This document shows positions 1-8,516 of a stretch of 26,981 bases of DNA, piece by piece. The notes beneath the pieces are model-generated. The model was not told where the DNA came from, made no database searches, and saw only the letters and a list, made by a program, of their open reading frames with translations. Numbering within the stretch: the stretch's first letter is position 1; the number at the start of each line of letters is the position of its first letter. This DNA comes from a virus (lineage: Duplodnaviria > Heunggongvirae > Uroviricota > Caudoviricetes): the IMG/VR virus record IMGVR_UViG_3300006139_000005, positions 90,050 through 117,030 of that record; one strand, 5' to 3'. Made by a program: the position numbers and the translations under genes.

Positions 1-44
1 CTCGTGTTTCATAAAGCGGCGAATTAAATCAAAGAAAAGAGGAT

Positions 45-750
45 ATGCGAATGATGACGAAGCGACGAGCCGGCCTATGGCCGGCAAATGTAACAGAAAT
101 AATCACACTAACATTATGCGTGATAGTATCCATTTTTGTTGTTACGATTTTGAGTATCCAGAAACCAGCGCCGCAGTCTACCATGTGTCAGGCAGAGCCG
201 ACATTGTATAGAGTCGATGCAAGTACATTTGAAGAATTGTATGAGACGACTTCCTACGATAAAGCCTGTCAAGTTCCCAAGATTGCGGTTGCCAGCGAAC
301 AGATTACACCCCCCCCCTAAATTTGAACAGTTGAAATCTGAGTACGCCGTTGCTGGCACAGTATATGAATACTTGAATGAGCATGGGCTTTCAGATCCTG
401 TTATCGCTGGCATCCTTGGCAATATGATGACCGAGTGCGGTGGGCAGACGCTCGATCTACAATGGGACATTTACTCACTGGACGGTAGTGACTATTACGG
501 CCTATGTCAGTGGAGTCTATATTACAACCCATCTGTTGAAGGAATGGATGTTACAGGCCAGCTTGATTACTTAATGAGCAACATCCAAACTAACATGGAA
601 TACTTTGGCGGCAGTTTTGACGCCTTTTGCGAAATCACAGATGCCGAAAGTGCTGCCAGATATTTTTGCAACTATTATGAGCGTGGGACTGGTGAATCCT
701 TGAGGGCGACAAATGCCAGCACCGCCTTTGAATGGATAAAAGGAGAATGA
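45..750 (+). pseudogene. Membrane-anchored Phage_lysozyme2-like muralytic protein split by a C9 frameshift
   Basis: ORF 45-320 has a TM segment (IITLTLCVIVSIFVVTILSI) and ends CCC CCC CCC TAA. ORF 217-750 in the +1 frame has 'IAGILGNMMTECG...YYGLCQWS...YYER'. Removing one C from 309-317 fuses them. Confidence 0.75.
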
Positions 751-751
751 T

Positions 752-1555
752 ATGAGCATCACCACAAACACTGTCATCAATGGTAATTGCCTTGAAGTGA
801 TGAGAGAGATTGATACCGAGAGCATTGATCTTATCCTCTGCGACCTCCCATATGGGGCGACTCAGAACAAGTGGGATGTGGTAATCCCTCCAGCTCTTTT
901 ATGGGAGCAGTACGAACGGATCATAAAACCAAACGGCGCAATTCTTCTCTTCGGACAAGACAAATTTACCGCAACGATGATGCTTTCTAATCCAAAGTTA
1001 CACCGCTACAATATTATTTGGGACAAGGTACTTAAAAGCGGTTTTCTTAACGCTAAGAAAATGCCACTTCGAGAGCATGAGGATATTATGGTGTTTTACA
1101 AATCGCCGCCTCCATATCATCCTCAAATGACTAAGGGTGAAAAGAATCACAGCAAAGGTCAGGCGGTTGGTAAACAGGCCATAGATATTCATTCCAACCG
1201 CAGCTATGGCAATTATACACTCGTGCAATCAGAAGACACGGATTTGAAGTATCCAGCGTCAATTTGGAGGTTTCCTAAGCCACATCCATCCGTTGCTTTG
1301 CACGCAACAGAAAAGCCTATCGAGTTGTTACGGTATGTAATTCGCACTTACACCAATGTGGGTGGGGTAGTTCTCGACAACTGCTGTGGAACGGGATCAA
1401 CTTTGATTGCTGCAAAGCTGGAGGGTAGGCAGTACATCGGGATCGACAACGGTGTTTGCGACAAGAAGAAAAGCAAATATTACGGGCTACCATGGGCGGA
1501 GGTTGCCCAACGAAGATTGGAGGAAGTCGATGAACCTGGTTATGAATCTGCGTGA
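752..1555 (+). CDS. DNA N6-adenine/N4-cytosine methyltransferase (beta class, N6_N4_Mtase)
   Basis: Catalytic motif 'LCDLPYG', 'HATEKP', SAM-binding motif 'VLDNCCGTGST'. Confidence 0.92.
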   Translation: MSITTNTVINGNCLEVMREIDTESIDLILCDLPYGATQNKWDVVIPPALLWEQYERIIKPNGAILLFGQDKFTATMMLSNPKLHRYNIIWDKVLKSGFLNAKKMPLREHEDIMVFYKSPPPYHPQMTKGEKNHSKGQAVGKQAIDIHSNRSYGNYTLVQSEDTDLKYPASIWRFPKPHPSVALHATEKPIELLRYVIRTYTNVGGVVLDNCCGTGSTLIAAKLEGRQYIGIDNGVCDKKKSKYYGLPWAEVAQRRLEEVDEPGYESA

Positions 1556-2087
1556 CCTTGAATTGTTGGAGCAAGGAACGCTAAAAGCCTTTGCTGTTCC
1601 GCAATCATGGATAGACGATGCTGATTTGTCTCAGCCGATTGGCATTAGAGAACCGTTCAAAAGACTGACCATAATGGAAACGGTTGAGAATAACGGCGAA
1701 ACTCAAGAAAAGAAAACTCTTGTTGGTGTAAAATATCGCACCGATGGGGCTATTTTCATAACAAGATCTGACTTAGACACAAGCCAGATTGAAGAGGCTA
1801 TGAGATGGAGTCCAGCAGCCCAACTCCCAGACTTTGCTATACGCCGTTTTGTTAATGTCGATACTGTGAGTAACGAAAAGCCCATTCGCTCTTTTACTGA
1901 GGCGGAGCTGAGACTTATGCACTTGGATTACGCCTCACAAAACGATCCACAAATACTTCTTGAGGAGTATTTGCCAATTAAAAATTTCGAGCTTCTATAC
2001 GGTTGGTGGAAAGCACACTATAAGGCCACATTGAAAAATTGCGACAACCCATTAGCGGTACTCTTCCATCTCCAGTCAAGCCTCTAA
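1530..2087 (+). CDS. Hypothetical protein
   Basis: Long ORF; GGAGG at 1519-1523 before ATG 1530; overlaps the end of the MTase gene. Confidence 0.7.
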   Translation: MNLVMNLRDLELLEQGTLKAFAVPQSWIDDADLSQPIGIREPFKRLTIMETVENNGETQEKKTLVGVKYRTDGAIFITRSDLDTSQIEEAMRWSPAAQLPDFAIRRFVNVDTVSNEKPIRSFTEAELRLMHLDYASQNDPQILLEEYLPIKNFELLYGWWKAHYKATLKNCDNPLAVLFHLQSSL

Positions 2088-2117
2088 AAAATAACGAACA
2101 AAATCACGGATTTCCTC

Positions 2118-2145
2118 TTGACAAACAGGGAATCCGTGATATACT
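2118..2145 (+). promoter_or_regulatory. Sigma-A/70 promoter embedded in an inverted repeat
   Basis: TTGACA 2118-2123, 16-nt spacer, TGa-TATACT 2137-2145; inverted-repeat arms 2103-2116 and 2127-2140. Confidence 0.75.
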
Positions 2146-2192
2146 ATATTTAGCGACGAACAAAATCAACGAATAACATGGAGGTGCCCAAT

Positions 2193-2672
2193 ATGAAAGT
2201 CGCAATGGTCAAGCACAGCCCCAACAGCAAGACATACTGGTTCGAGGTGCCGGAGTACCTTGCAGACAAAATCACACCCAACACCCGTGTTGCCTGCGAT
2301 ACGGTGCGTGGTCTGGAAATCGGCGTTGCAGTTGGATCTGTCCTCAACATGGACGAAGTGCGAGATGTCATGCTCGCATCTGGTGCAAAGCTACCGCTGA
2401 AGAAGATTGTCGCTATTCCACAGGAGATCCCGCTTGATGAAATCAAAATCCCTAAGTATATGTCCCGCACCACACCCAGAGATGAGAAAATCGCAAAACG
2501 GTTCCTGGAATACTACCACACTGGCAAGTTCAACACCCATGTTGCGCTGAACAGCGACGGGATGCTTCGTGACGGTTATTCCGCATACTTGGTAGCAAAG
2601 AAAATCGGCCTGCCGTCCATTACTGCGTTTGGAGGCAAGATGCGTGAGTTGGCAGATGACTTCCCGTTTTGA
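2193..2672 (+). CDS. Hypothetical protein, PSP1-like N-terminus and possible ParB/Srx-like C-terminus
   Basis: 'RVACDTVRGLEIGVAV'; 'IPLDEIKIP...MLRDGYSAYLVAKKIG'; GGAGG at 2180-2184. Confidence 0.6.
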   Translation: MKVAMVKHSPNSKTYWFEVPEYLADKITPNTRVACDTVRGLEIGVAVGSVLNMDEVRDVMLASGAKLPLKKIVAIPQEIPLDEIKIPKYMSRTTPRDEKIAKRFLEYYHTGKFNTHVALNSDGMLRDGYSAYLVAKKIGLPSITAFGGKMRELADDFPF

Positions 2673-2684
2673 GGAGGTGCAGCA

Positions 2685-3455
2685 ATGTTAGAATTTGTGA
2701 AGCCTATGCGTAAGAGCATCAAAGTAAGCGAGGGCTTTGCCGAACTACTTGGAAAAGAGTTGTTCAAAGACCTCGCAGAACACGAGGGGATTTGTCCGCA
2801 GTGTCATGGAACCGGCATGGTTGTTCGTAATCATCCATATGGCTTAGAGGGAGATCCAGATAAAAAGGTTGGTGTCTTCCCTTATAATCACCAGTCCATC
2901 ATTCCATGTCCAAACTGTTATAACGGCGTGGTTAGATATTGTCCAGACTGTGGGAAGCAGCTCAAGAGAAGCTATTTGAAATGTGACTGCGAAGCAGAGC
3001 AGCAGCGTGAACGGGACGAAAAGAAGCGGAAATACCAAGATGCGATTGAAAAGGCAGAGAAGCATGAACCCAATGAACTTTGCAAATTTAAGTGTGGATA
3101 TAGTGATTGGATTAACCACAACGATGGGTACTTCTTTGACTGGCAAGAATTTTTCGGCGCTTGGCACGATTTTGTGTGTGAGTGTGAAGCTGATGGAATT
3201 ACGGTTCCTGAACGCCCTGTATATGTTTGGGGTACTGAAGAAATCGAAATGAATTTGGATGCTGGTAGCATTATAGAAAGTGCTTGTGAAGAACTATACG
3301 ACGATGCCATGTCAAATATCGACAGTTCTGCAATAAAAGAAATGCAGGATTATCTCAACCTTTGGAAATATCGGTATGGTTTAACTGCTTATGGAGAAGA
3401 CCACAGACACGCTATTAGAATCCCTTGGGAGGAGGATAAAGAATATGGCGAATAA
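2685..3455 (+). CDS. Hypothetical protein with DnaJ-type zinc-finger motifs
   Basis: CPQCHGTG, CPNCYNG, CPDCG; GAGGAGG ribosome-binding site. Confidence 0.75.
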   Translation: MLEFVKPMRKSIKVSEGFAELLGKELFKDLAEHEGICPQCHGTGMVVRNHPYGLEGDPDKKVGVFPYNHQSIIPCPNCYNGVVRYCPDCGKQLKRSYLKCDCEAEQQRERDEKKRKYQDAIEKAEKHEPNELCKFKCGYSDWINHNDGYFFDWQEFFGAWHDFVCECEADGITVPERPVYVWGTEEIEMNLDAGSIIESACEELYDDAMSNIDSSAIKEMQDYLNLWKYRYGLTAYGEDHRHAIRIPWEEDKEYGE

Positions 3456-3478
3456 AAAAAGATAGCCTTGGCGACCGT

Positions 3479-4282
3479 ATGAAGGGCTACGAGAATATCT
3501 CTCGCAACTACTTAACCCGCCGTGTACCAGTCATCATCCGTCTGGATGGTAAGGCGTTCCACACATTTACACGTGGTATGGAGAAACCTTTTGATTCCGT
3601 TCTTACACAGGCTATGCAGCAGACTATGAAATCTCTTTGCGAGAGCATTCAAGGCTGTGTCCTGGGCTACACACAATCAGACGAGATTACACTGGTGTTG
3701 ACCGACTATGCCACAATCAAGACGGACGCATGGTTCGGATATAACATTCAGAAGATGACAAGTATTGCTGCTTCCATGGCTACATTGGCGTTTGACCGTG
3801 AGTTCATCATTGCTTATGGGCAATGGTTTGACCGTAGCTTTGTGAATGGCGACTCTGATCTGCCCGGATTTTCAAAACTCGATGCGCTTTACGCCAGCAA
3901 ACGGCATCAGGCATTGTTCGACGCACGTGTTTTCTCTATCCCTAAAGAGGAAGTCTGTAATTGCCTGATCTGGCGACAGCAGGACGCAACTCGCAACAGC
4001 ATTGAGGCTGTTGGTCAAGCGTTCTTCTCTCAGAAAGAGCTACACAAGAAGAATTGTGATGAGATTCAAGAAATGCTCTGGTCGAAACACAATATCAACT
4101 GGAATAACTTCCCAACAGAAAACAAGCGTGGTTCGTGTTGTATCAAGCAGGAGATAGAAACTCCTATGGCCGATCCAAGAAATCCTGGTCAGACTGTTGT
4201 GGTTCGCCGTAGGAAATGGGTAATCGACACCGAAATTCCAATCTTTACGCAAGATAGGAATTATGTAGAGAGGTCGCTATAA
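3479..4282 (+). CDS. tRNA(His) guanylyltransferase Thg1-like protein (3'-5' polymerase)
   Basis: 'VIIRLDGKAFHTFT', 'YTQSDEITL', 'FDARVF', 'WRQQDATRNS'. The RBS-supported start at 3445 is out of frame because of an A7 run. Confidence 0.92.
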   Translation: MKGYENISRNYLTRRVPVIIRLDGKAFHTFTRGMEKPFDSVLTQAMQQTMKSLCESIQGCVLGYTQSDEITLVLTDYATIKTDAWFGYNIQKMTSIAASMATLAFDREFIIAYGQWFDRSFVNGDSDLPGFSKLDALYASKRHQALFDARVFSIPKEEVCNCLIWRQQDATRNSIEAVGQAFFSQKELHKKNCDEIQEMLWSKHNINWNNFPTENKRGSCCIKQEIETPMADPRNPGQTVVVRRRKWVIDTEIPIFTQDRNYVERSL

Positions 4283-5715
4283 TGGATGGCTTGCAAAATC
4301 TTTTTAGAGGCGGGATGCCAAATCCAACGCTTCAAAAAGATGCGATAGCGCAGATGCTTAAAATAAGTCCAGAGGCTCTTTCCAAATTTGAGGAATCGTA
4401 TAAAAGATATACCTTGGCCGAAGAGCCAGACGGATTCTTCCAGCAAAATTCTCGGCAGGCCGCAGAGCAAAACCATTTAATTGATATGGCGTCGAAATCA
4501 ACCCACGCTGATACAACAGCCTTGGAACGCCGTATCGTAGATGAGTTACTTTCTCAAACCACCACTTACTTTTTTGACGGGAATTTGGCTACCATTCAGA
4601 GCTATAAGGCTCTGCCGACTGGATCTGAACCTGTAACTCTCCAAGAAGTGACCAATCTCCCACCAGAAATACAACCTCAGCTTACCGGAACTTTGATGAA
4701 ACGTGATATTGGAGAAGAGTCCGGGCCAATACTTCTGTATCAGTATAAGGAGTATCTGGACAATCCGAACACAGTGAAAGGGCGGACATCGTATCATATG
4801 TTTCGACAAGGGCTGGACATCCTCGATCTTGATGGCCTGACTTATGAGATCATTGGCACGAACCCAAACTCAATGGGGCATTGGCTTCCTCAGCTTGTAG
4901 AGGCTTGTCGTGGCAAAGGATTCTTCAAGATCCCAGCAACAGCTATCACAAAAGTACCTATGACGCTTCTACAGCTAACCAGGCAGGAATATGGGATGCT
5001 GACACAAACAACGCTATCTGTTCTGGATAAATGGGCACATGAAGCATTTCGGCTTGATGATTCCAAGGAGTATTTTATTAAAACAGGAACTTATTCTTCA
5101 AAGTTCGATTTTCGCAATGCTCACGTCAAAGGTGCAAAAGAGGTTATGGAGCTGGGAGAGTATTTGCTCTTTATTCACTATCAGGCTCTTCAGATGGCAA
5201 GCCCACTATCTTCCCCGTGTATCTATGGAGCCTCTACCACAAATGAATGGGTTGTAAGAGAGTGGATTGAGGATGCGGAGAACAACCCGTGTATCTACAA
5301 AGGTTTGCCTCTTCGTACCGAATACCGCATCTTTATTGATTGTGACCAGAAAACCGTTATAGGCTACACTCCTTACTGGGAACCACAGACTATGAAGCAA
5401 CGCTTTGGTCACGAAGAAGATGCGAACTCACCTCATCAGATCCACGACTATATCATCTACAAAGCACATGAGGAAACTCTGATGCGGCGTTACTACGAGA
5501 ATATTGAACGGGTAAAAACGGCGGTCATAGACCTCCTACCTGACCTACACCTACACGGCCAGTGGTCACTGGATATTATGCAGAACGGAAATGACTTCTG
5601 GTTGATTGATATGGGTGTGGCTGAAAACTCCGCTTTCTATCGTGAGTGTGTACCAGAGTCCAGTCGTGTACCTACGCCAGAAAATTGGCTCCAGCAGCTA
5701 ACAGATGGTAGGTGA
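4282..5715 (+). CDS. CDC123/R2K-clade ATP-grasp protein
   Basis: 'YFIKTGTYSSKFDF', 'VVREWI', 'TEYRIFI', 'SLDIMQNGNDFWLIDM' resemble the CDC123 motifs FxK..s.KD, LRkW, EFRcFV, D...wLID. Confidence 0.7.
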   Translation: MDGLQNLFRGGMPNPTLQKDAIAQMLKISPEALSKFEESYKRYTLAEEPDGFFQQNSRQAAEQNHLIDMASKSTHADTTALERRIVDELLSQTTTYFFDGNLATIQSYKALPTGSEPVTLQEVTNLPPEIQPQLTGTLMKRDIGEESGPILLYQYKEYLDNPNTVKGRTSYHMFRQGLDILDLDGLTYEIIGTNPNSMGHWLPQLVEACRGKGFFKIPATAITKVPMTLLQLTRQEYGMLTQTTLSVLDKWAHEAFRLDDSKEYFIKTGTYSSKFDFRNAHVKGAKEVMELGEYLLFIHYQALQMASPLSSPCIYGASTTNEWVVREWIEDAENNPCIYKGLPLRTEYRIFIDCDQKTVIGYTPYWEPQTMKQRFGHEEDANSPHQIHDYIIYKAHEETLMRRYYENIERVKTAVIDLLPDLHLHGQWSLDIMQNGNDFWLIDMGVAENSAFYRECVPESSRVPTPENWLQQLTDGR

Positions 5716-5921
5716 TGAATATAGGTAATATAGCAAAATGCTGTGACTGTGTATATGCAGACAGAAATCGCATAAACTCGCTCCCTTGTAAAGACTTCGG
5801 AAAAATCAGATGCACAAGGTTTAGTCGATGGGTATGCTTATTTGAAACCATCTGTGAAGAGTTTGTCGATAAAATTTCTGCAAATCTGGTTAGCAAATCC
5901 AGCCGAAAGGGTGGTATTTAG
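5712..5921 (+). CDS. Small Cys-rich hypothetical protein
   Basis: 69-aa ORF coupled to the previous stop codon; several Cys residues. Confidence 0.55.
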   Translation: MMNIGNIAKCCDCVYADRNRINSLPCKDFGKIRCTRFSRWVCLFETICEEFVDKISANLVSKSSRKGGI

Positions 5922-5959
5922 AATGAATATCAAAAATTGGATGGAGAGGACACGTTTTT

Positions 5960-6136
5960 ATGGAAACTGTATGCACGAAAACTGATATGTCTTCGGTGTG
6001 TGGAATGCACTACGATGAATACTGGAAAGCCGTCCATATCGACAAAACCATGCCCCAGGAAGATTTTGATAAGTGGCTCCACGAAAATTGCTGCAAGTGC
6101 CGCAATATGAGTGACATTTGTATGTACGGAGAATAA
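5960..6136 (+). CDS. Small Cys-rich hypothetical protein (58 aa, absent from the ORF track)
   Basis: Manual translation METVCTKTDMSSVCGMHYDEYW...CCKCRNMSDICMYGE; GGAGAGGA upstream. Confidence 0.55.
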   Translation: METVCTKTDMSSVCGMHYDEYWKAVHIDKTMPQEDFDKWLHENCCKCRNMSDICMYGE

Positions 6137-6200
6137 TGGGGTGACTGAATGGCTGAATATCATGTTCGTGTGACGATCAAAGAGAAGGAGCGATTGCCAT

Positions 6201-6722
6201 ATGAAACTCGTAAACGCAAAGCTCTATGAGGAGCAGATAAAACGCAAGATGTGGGGAATCTGGTACGATGAAAAGTACCAATATTATTTCGGTGGTAACT
6301 ATCGTAGCGATTTCTCCCTTGCTGATAACACTGGCGATTATCAAAAGCGGTCATTCGCTGTGTTGAACAATAGCGATGAGCTGCTGGGGTATATCAGTTA
6401 CTCCGTGGACAATGAGTTGCAGATCGCTCAGTGGTTTGGAGCAGTCAATTTTTCCGATGACAAAGTATCTTTCGGCAAGGCACTAAGGCAGGTTGTCGAA
6501 GACTGCTTCCTGAAATTCGGCATGGAAGTGGTTGAGTGGTGTGTAGTCTGTGGCAATCCCATTGAGAGAAGTTACGATAGGATGTGTGAAAAGCTGGGCG
6601 GTCGCATTATTGGCATTAGACATCATCGTGCAAAGGACATGGCTGGAAATGTGCATGACGATAAAATGTATGAGATTCTGCGAGAAGATTTTTTGAGGGC
6701 AACCGCTCGAATGAAAGACTAA
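6201..6722 (+). CDS. GNAT family N-acetyltransferase (RimJ/RimL-like)
   Basis: 'LLGYISY', 'FGKAL..V.E..F.KFGME.V...V..GN', 'G..R....D..G..HD..YEILREDF' pattern. Confidence 0.7.
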   Translation: MKLVNAKLYEEQIKRKMWGIWYDEKYQYYFGGNYRSDFSLADNTGDYQKRSFAVLNNSDELLGYISYSVDNELQIAQWFGAVNFSDDKVSFGKALRQVVEDCFLKFGMEVVEWCVVCGNPIERSYDRMCEKLGGRIIGIRHHRAKDMAGNVHDDKMYEILREDFLRATARMKD

Positions 6723-6740
6723 TTTTATAGGAGGTATTGT

Positions 6741-6989
6741 ATGGCCGCAAATAAATGGATGATCGAGTCGTGGCTTAAACGTGAGAAAGCTGCGGAAAGC
6801 GACTATATGCTTGTGGTGTGCGACACATTTGACCATGAAGACTATCCTGTTTATGTGTCAAAAGAAGATCTTGAGAAAGCTATCCAGCAATACTCCAGTA
6901 ATATGCAAACCATAATGGAAATCTACAATTTGGCTCTTGACATAGATACTCAACTCGCAGAAAAAAGATCGTGGCATATTGAATGTTAA
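6741..6989 (+). CDS. Hypothetical phage protein
   Basis: AGGAGG ribosome-binding site, in-line ORF. Confidence 0.75.
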   Translation: MAANKWMIESWLKREKAAESDYMLVVCDTFDHEDYPVYVSKEDLEKAIQQYSSNMQTIMEIYNLALDIDTQLAEKRSWHIEC

Positions 6990-7004
6990 TTTTGGGGTAA
7001 AGAA

Positions 7005-7190
7005 ATGACGCAAATCGTTGGAATGATAGACGGAAAACTTGTTATTGATGGCAAGTATGTTGATTTACCAAGGCCGTCTAATAATATCTGTGTTACACAA
7101 TATAACGGCAATGTGTATGTGAACGGATTCAAATGGGTTGATGGTAAATGGAAGCGTACATTGGATGCGCTTTGGCATTGGCTATTCTGA
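7005..7190 (+). CDS. Hypothetical protein
   Basis: In-line 61-aa ORF. Confidence 0.6.
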   Translation: MTQIVGMIDGKLVIDGKYVDLPRPSNNICVTQYNGNVYVNGFKWVDGKWKRTLDALWHWLF

Positions 7191-7202
7191 TAAAAGATTG
7201 AT

Positions 7203-8180
7203 TTGATAGGAGTGATTGTAATAGAAATTGTTAGAACCCATACGGGAAAGATCTATGTTGACCGTGAGCGCAAACTGGAGTTCTTGACCGTAGGTGACTA
7301 TGGCAAGGAGAACAATATCAAAGCTGACTTCCTTGGCCTACACAAAGAAATCCATGGCGTGCAACATCACGATGTTGACCTGTCGCAAAAGTGGGTTGCT
7401 ACTATCAGCACGCAAAAAGGATGCCCTATGCGCTGTCAGTTCTGCGACTGTCCGAAGTTCGGCTTCCATGGTAATGTTTCCCACGATGAACTGGCGTATG
7501 AGATTGAAACCATACTCCAAAGTGAAAGCGTAAATGCTACTGATCGGTTCAATGTCCACTTTGCACGAATGGGTGAGCCAACCTGGAACAAGGATGTTTT
7601 GGCATTCGTTGCAGAAGATTTACGGAATTTGGTTGCAAAGTACATCACCGCCAAGACCATTCATCCCGTAGTTTCTACTATGCTTCCGAAAAATAACCGT
7701 GATCTGGTACGGTTCATCCAGGAGTGGTGCCGAATCAAAAATGAGGTATACGCTGGAGAAGCTGGTCTTCAGTTCAGTATCAACTCTACGGATGATGAGC
7801 AAAGAAATACCCAGTTCAACGGTATGAGTCTGAGTTTAACCGAAATCTCTGCATTGGCTCATAGTTTGCCAAAACCGATTGGCAGAAAGTACACATTGAA
7901 CTTTGCTGTAACCGCAGAAACAATTCTCGATGCCGATAAGCTGTCAGAGCTGTTCAGTAAAGAAGACTTTATTGTGAAAATTACTCCCATTCACAAAACC
8001 GAATCAGCTGTGAAAAACGGTTTCAATGTGACGACAGAGTACACAGACTACGATGTTTACCGTAAATTTGAGGCTCCACTTGTTGCTGCCGGATGGGATG
8101 TCATCGTTTTTGTTCCAAGCGAAGAAGAAGACAGCGACAGAATTACCTGCGGAAATGCACTAATCACAGATCAAGGGTAA
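7203..8180 (+). CDS. RlmN/Cfr-like radical SAM protein
   Basis: 'ISTQKGCPMRCQFC' (CxxxCxxC), 'RMGEP', 'LQFSINS', C-terminal 'ITCGN'; exact start uncertain. Confidence 0.85.
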   Translation: MIGVIVIEIVRTHTGKIYVDRERKLEFLTVGDYGKENNIKADFLGLHKEIHGVQHHDVDLSQKWVATISTQKGCPMRCQFCDCPKFGFHGNVSHDELAYEIETILQSESVNATDRFNVHFARMGEPTWNKDVLAFVAEDLRNLVAKYITAKTIHPVVSTMLPKNNRDLVRFIQEWCRIKNEVYAGEAGLQFSINSTDDEQRNTQFNGMSLSLTEISALAHSLPKPIGRKYTLNFAVTAETILDADKLSELFSKEDFIVKITPIHKTESAVKNGFNVTTEYTDYDVYRKFEAPLVAAGWDVIVFVPSEEEDSDRITCGNALITDQG

Positions 8181-8186
8181 AACAAA

Positions 8187-8211
8187 GCCTGCCCGCAATC
8201 AACGGGCAGGC
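8187..8211 (-). terminator. Intrinsic terminator between convergent genes
   Basis: GCCTGCCCG/CGGGCAGGC 9-bp stem followed by a T-rich tract on the minus strand. Confidence 0.75.
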
Positions 8212-8217
8212 CAAGGA

Positions 8218-8424
8218 TTACACTTCGAGTCCGAGCTTTTCAGCGATTTCTTCTGGTGTCAGTCCAATTTCTTTTGCCTTTGCCATAACGGTCTTCATGT
8301 TGACCGGATGGAGGAGTTTCTGTTTTTGAGCTTCAAGCGCGTTAATCTCCTCCTGCTTCTTCGCAATCTTCTGGTCGATTACCGCAACTTTTTCCTCAAC
8401 AGATTTGACAGTGCGTGCAGCCAT
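8218..8424 (-). CDS. Small coiled-coil protein with an HTH-like C-terminus
   Basis: Heptad region then 'GLTPEEIAEKLG'; GGAGG ribosome-binding site; has its own promoter and terminator. Confidence 0.8.
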   Translation of the reverse strand: MAARTVKSVEEKVAVIDQKIAKKQEEINALEAQKQKLLHPVNMKTVMAKAKEIGLTPEEIAEKLGLEV

Positions 8425-8454
8425 ATGGTTGGCCTCCTTCGTCTATGATAGAAA

Positions 8455-8483
8455 AGTATACAAACAAAACCAGGTGGTGTCAA
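8455..8483 (-). promoter_or_regulatory. Sigma-A promoter for 8218-8424
   Basis: Minus strand TTGACA (8483-8478), 17 nt, TATACT (8460-8455). Confidence 0.8.
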
Positions 8484-8516
8484 TAGAAAACCGCCAACTT
8501 ATGCTGGAGGTGAAAA

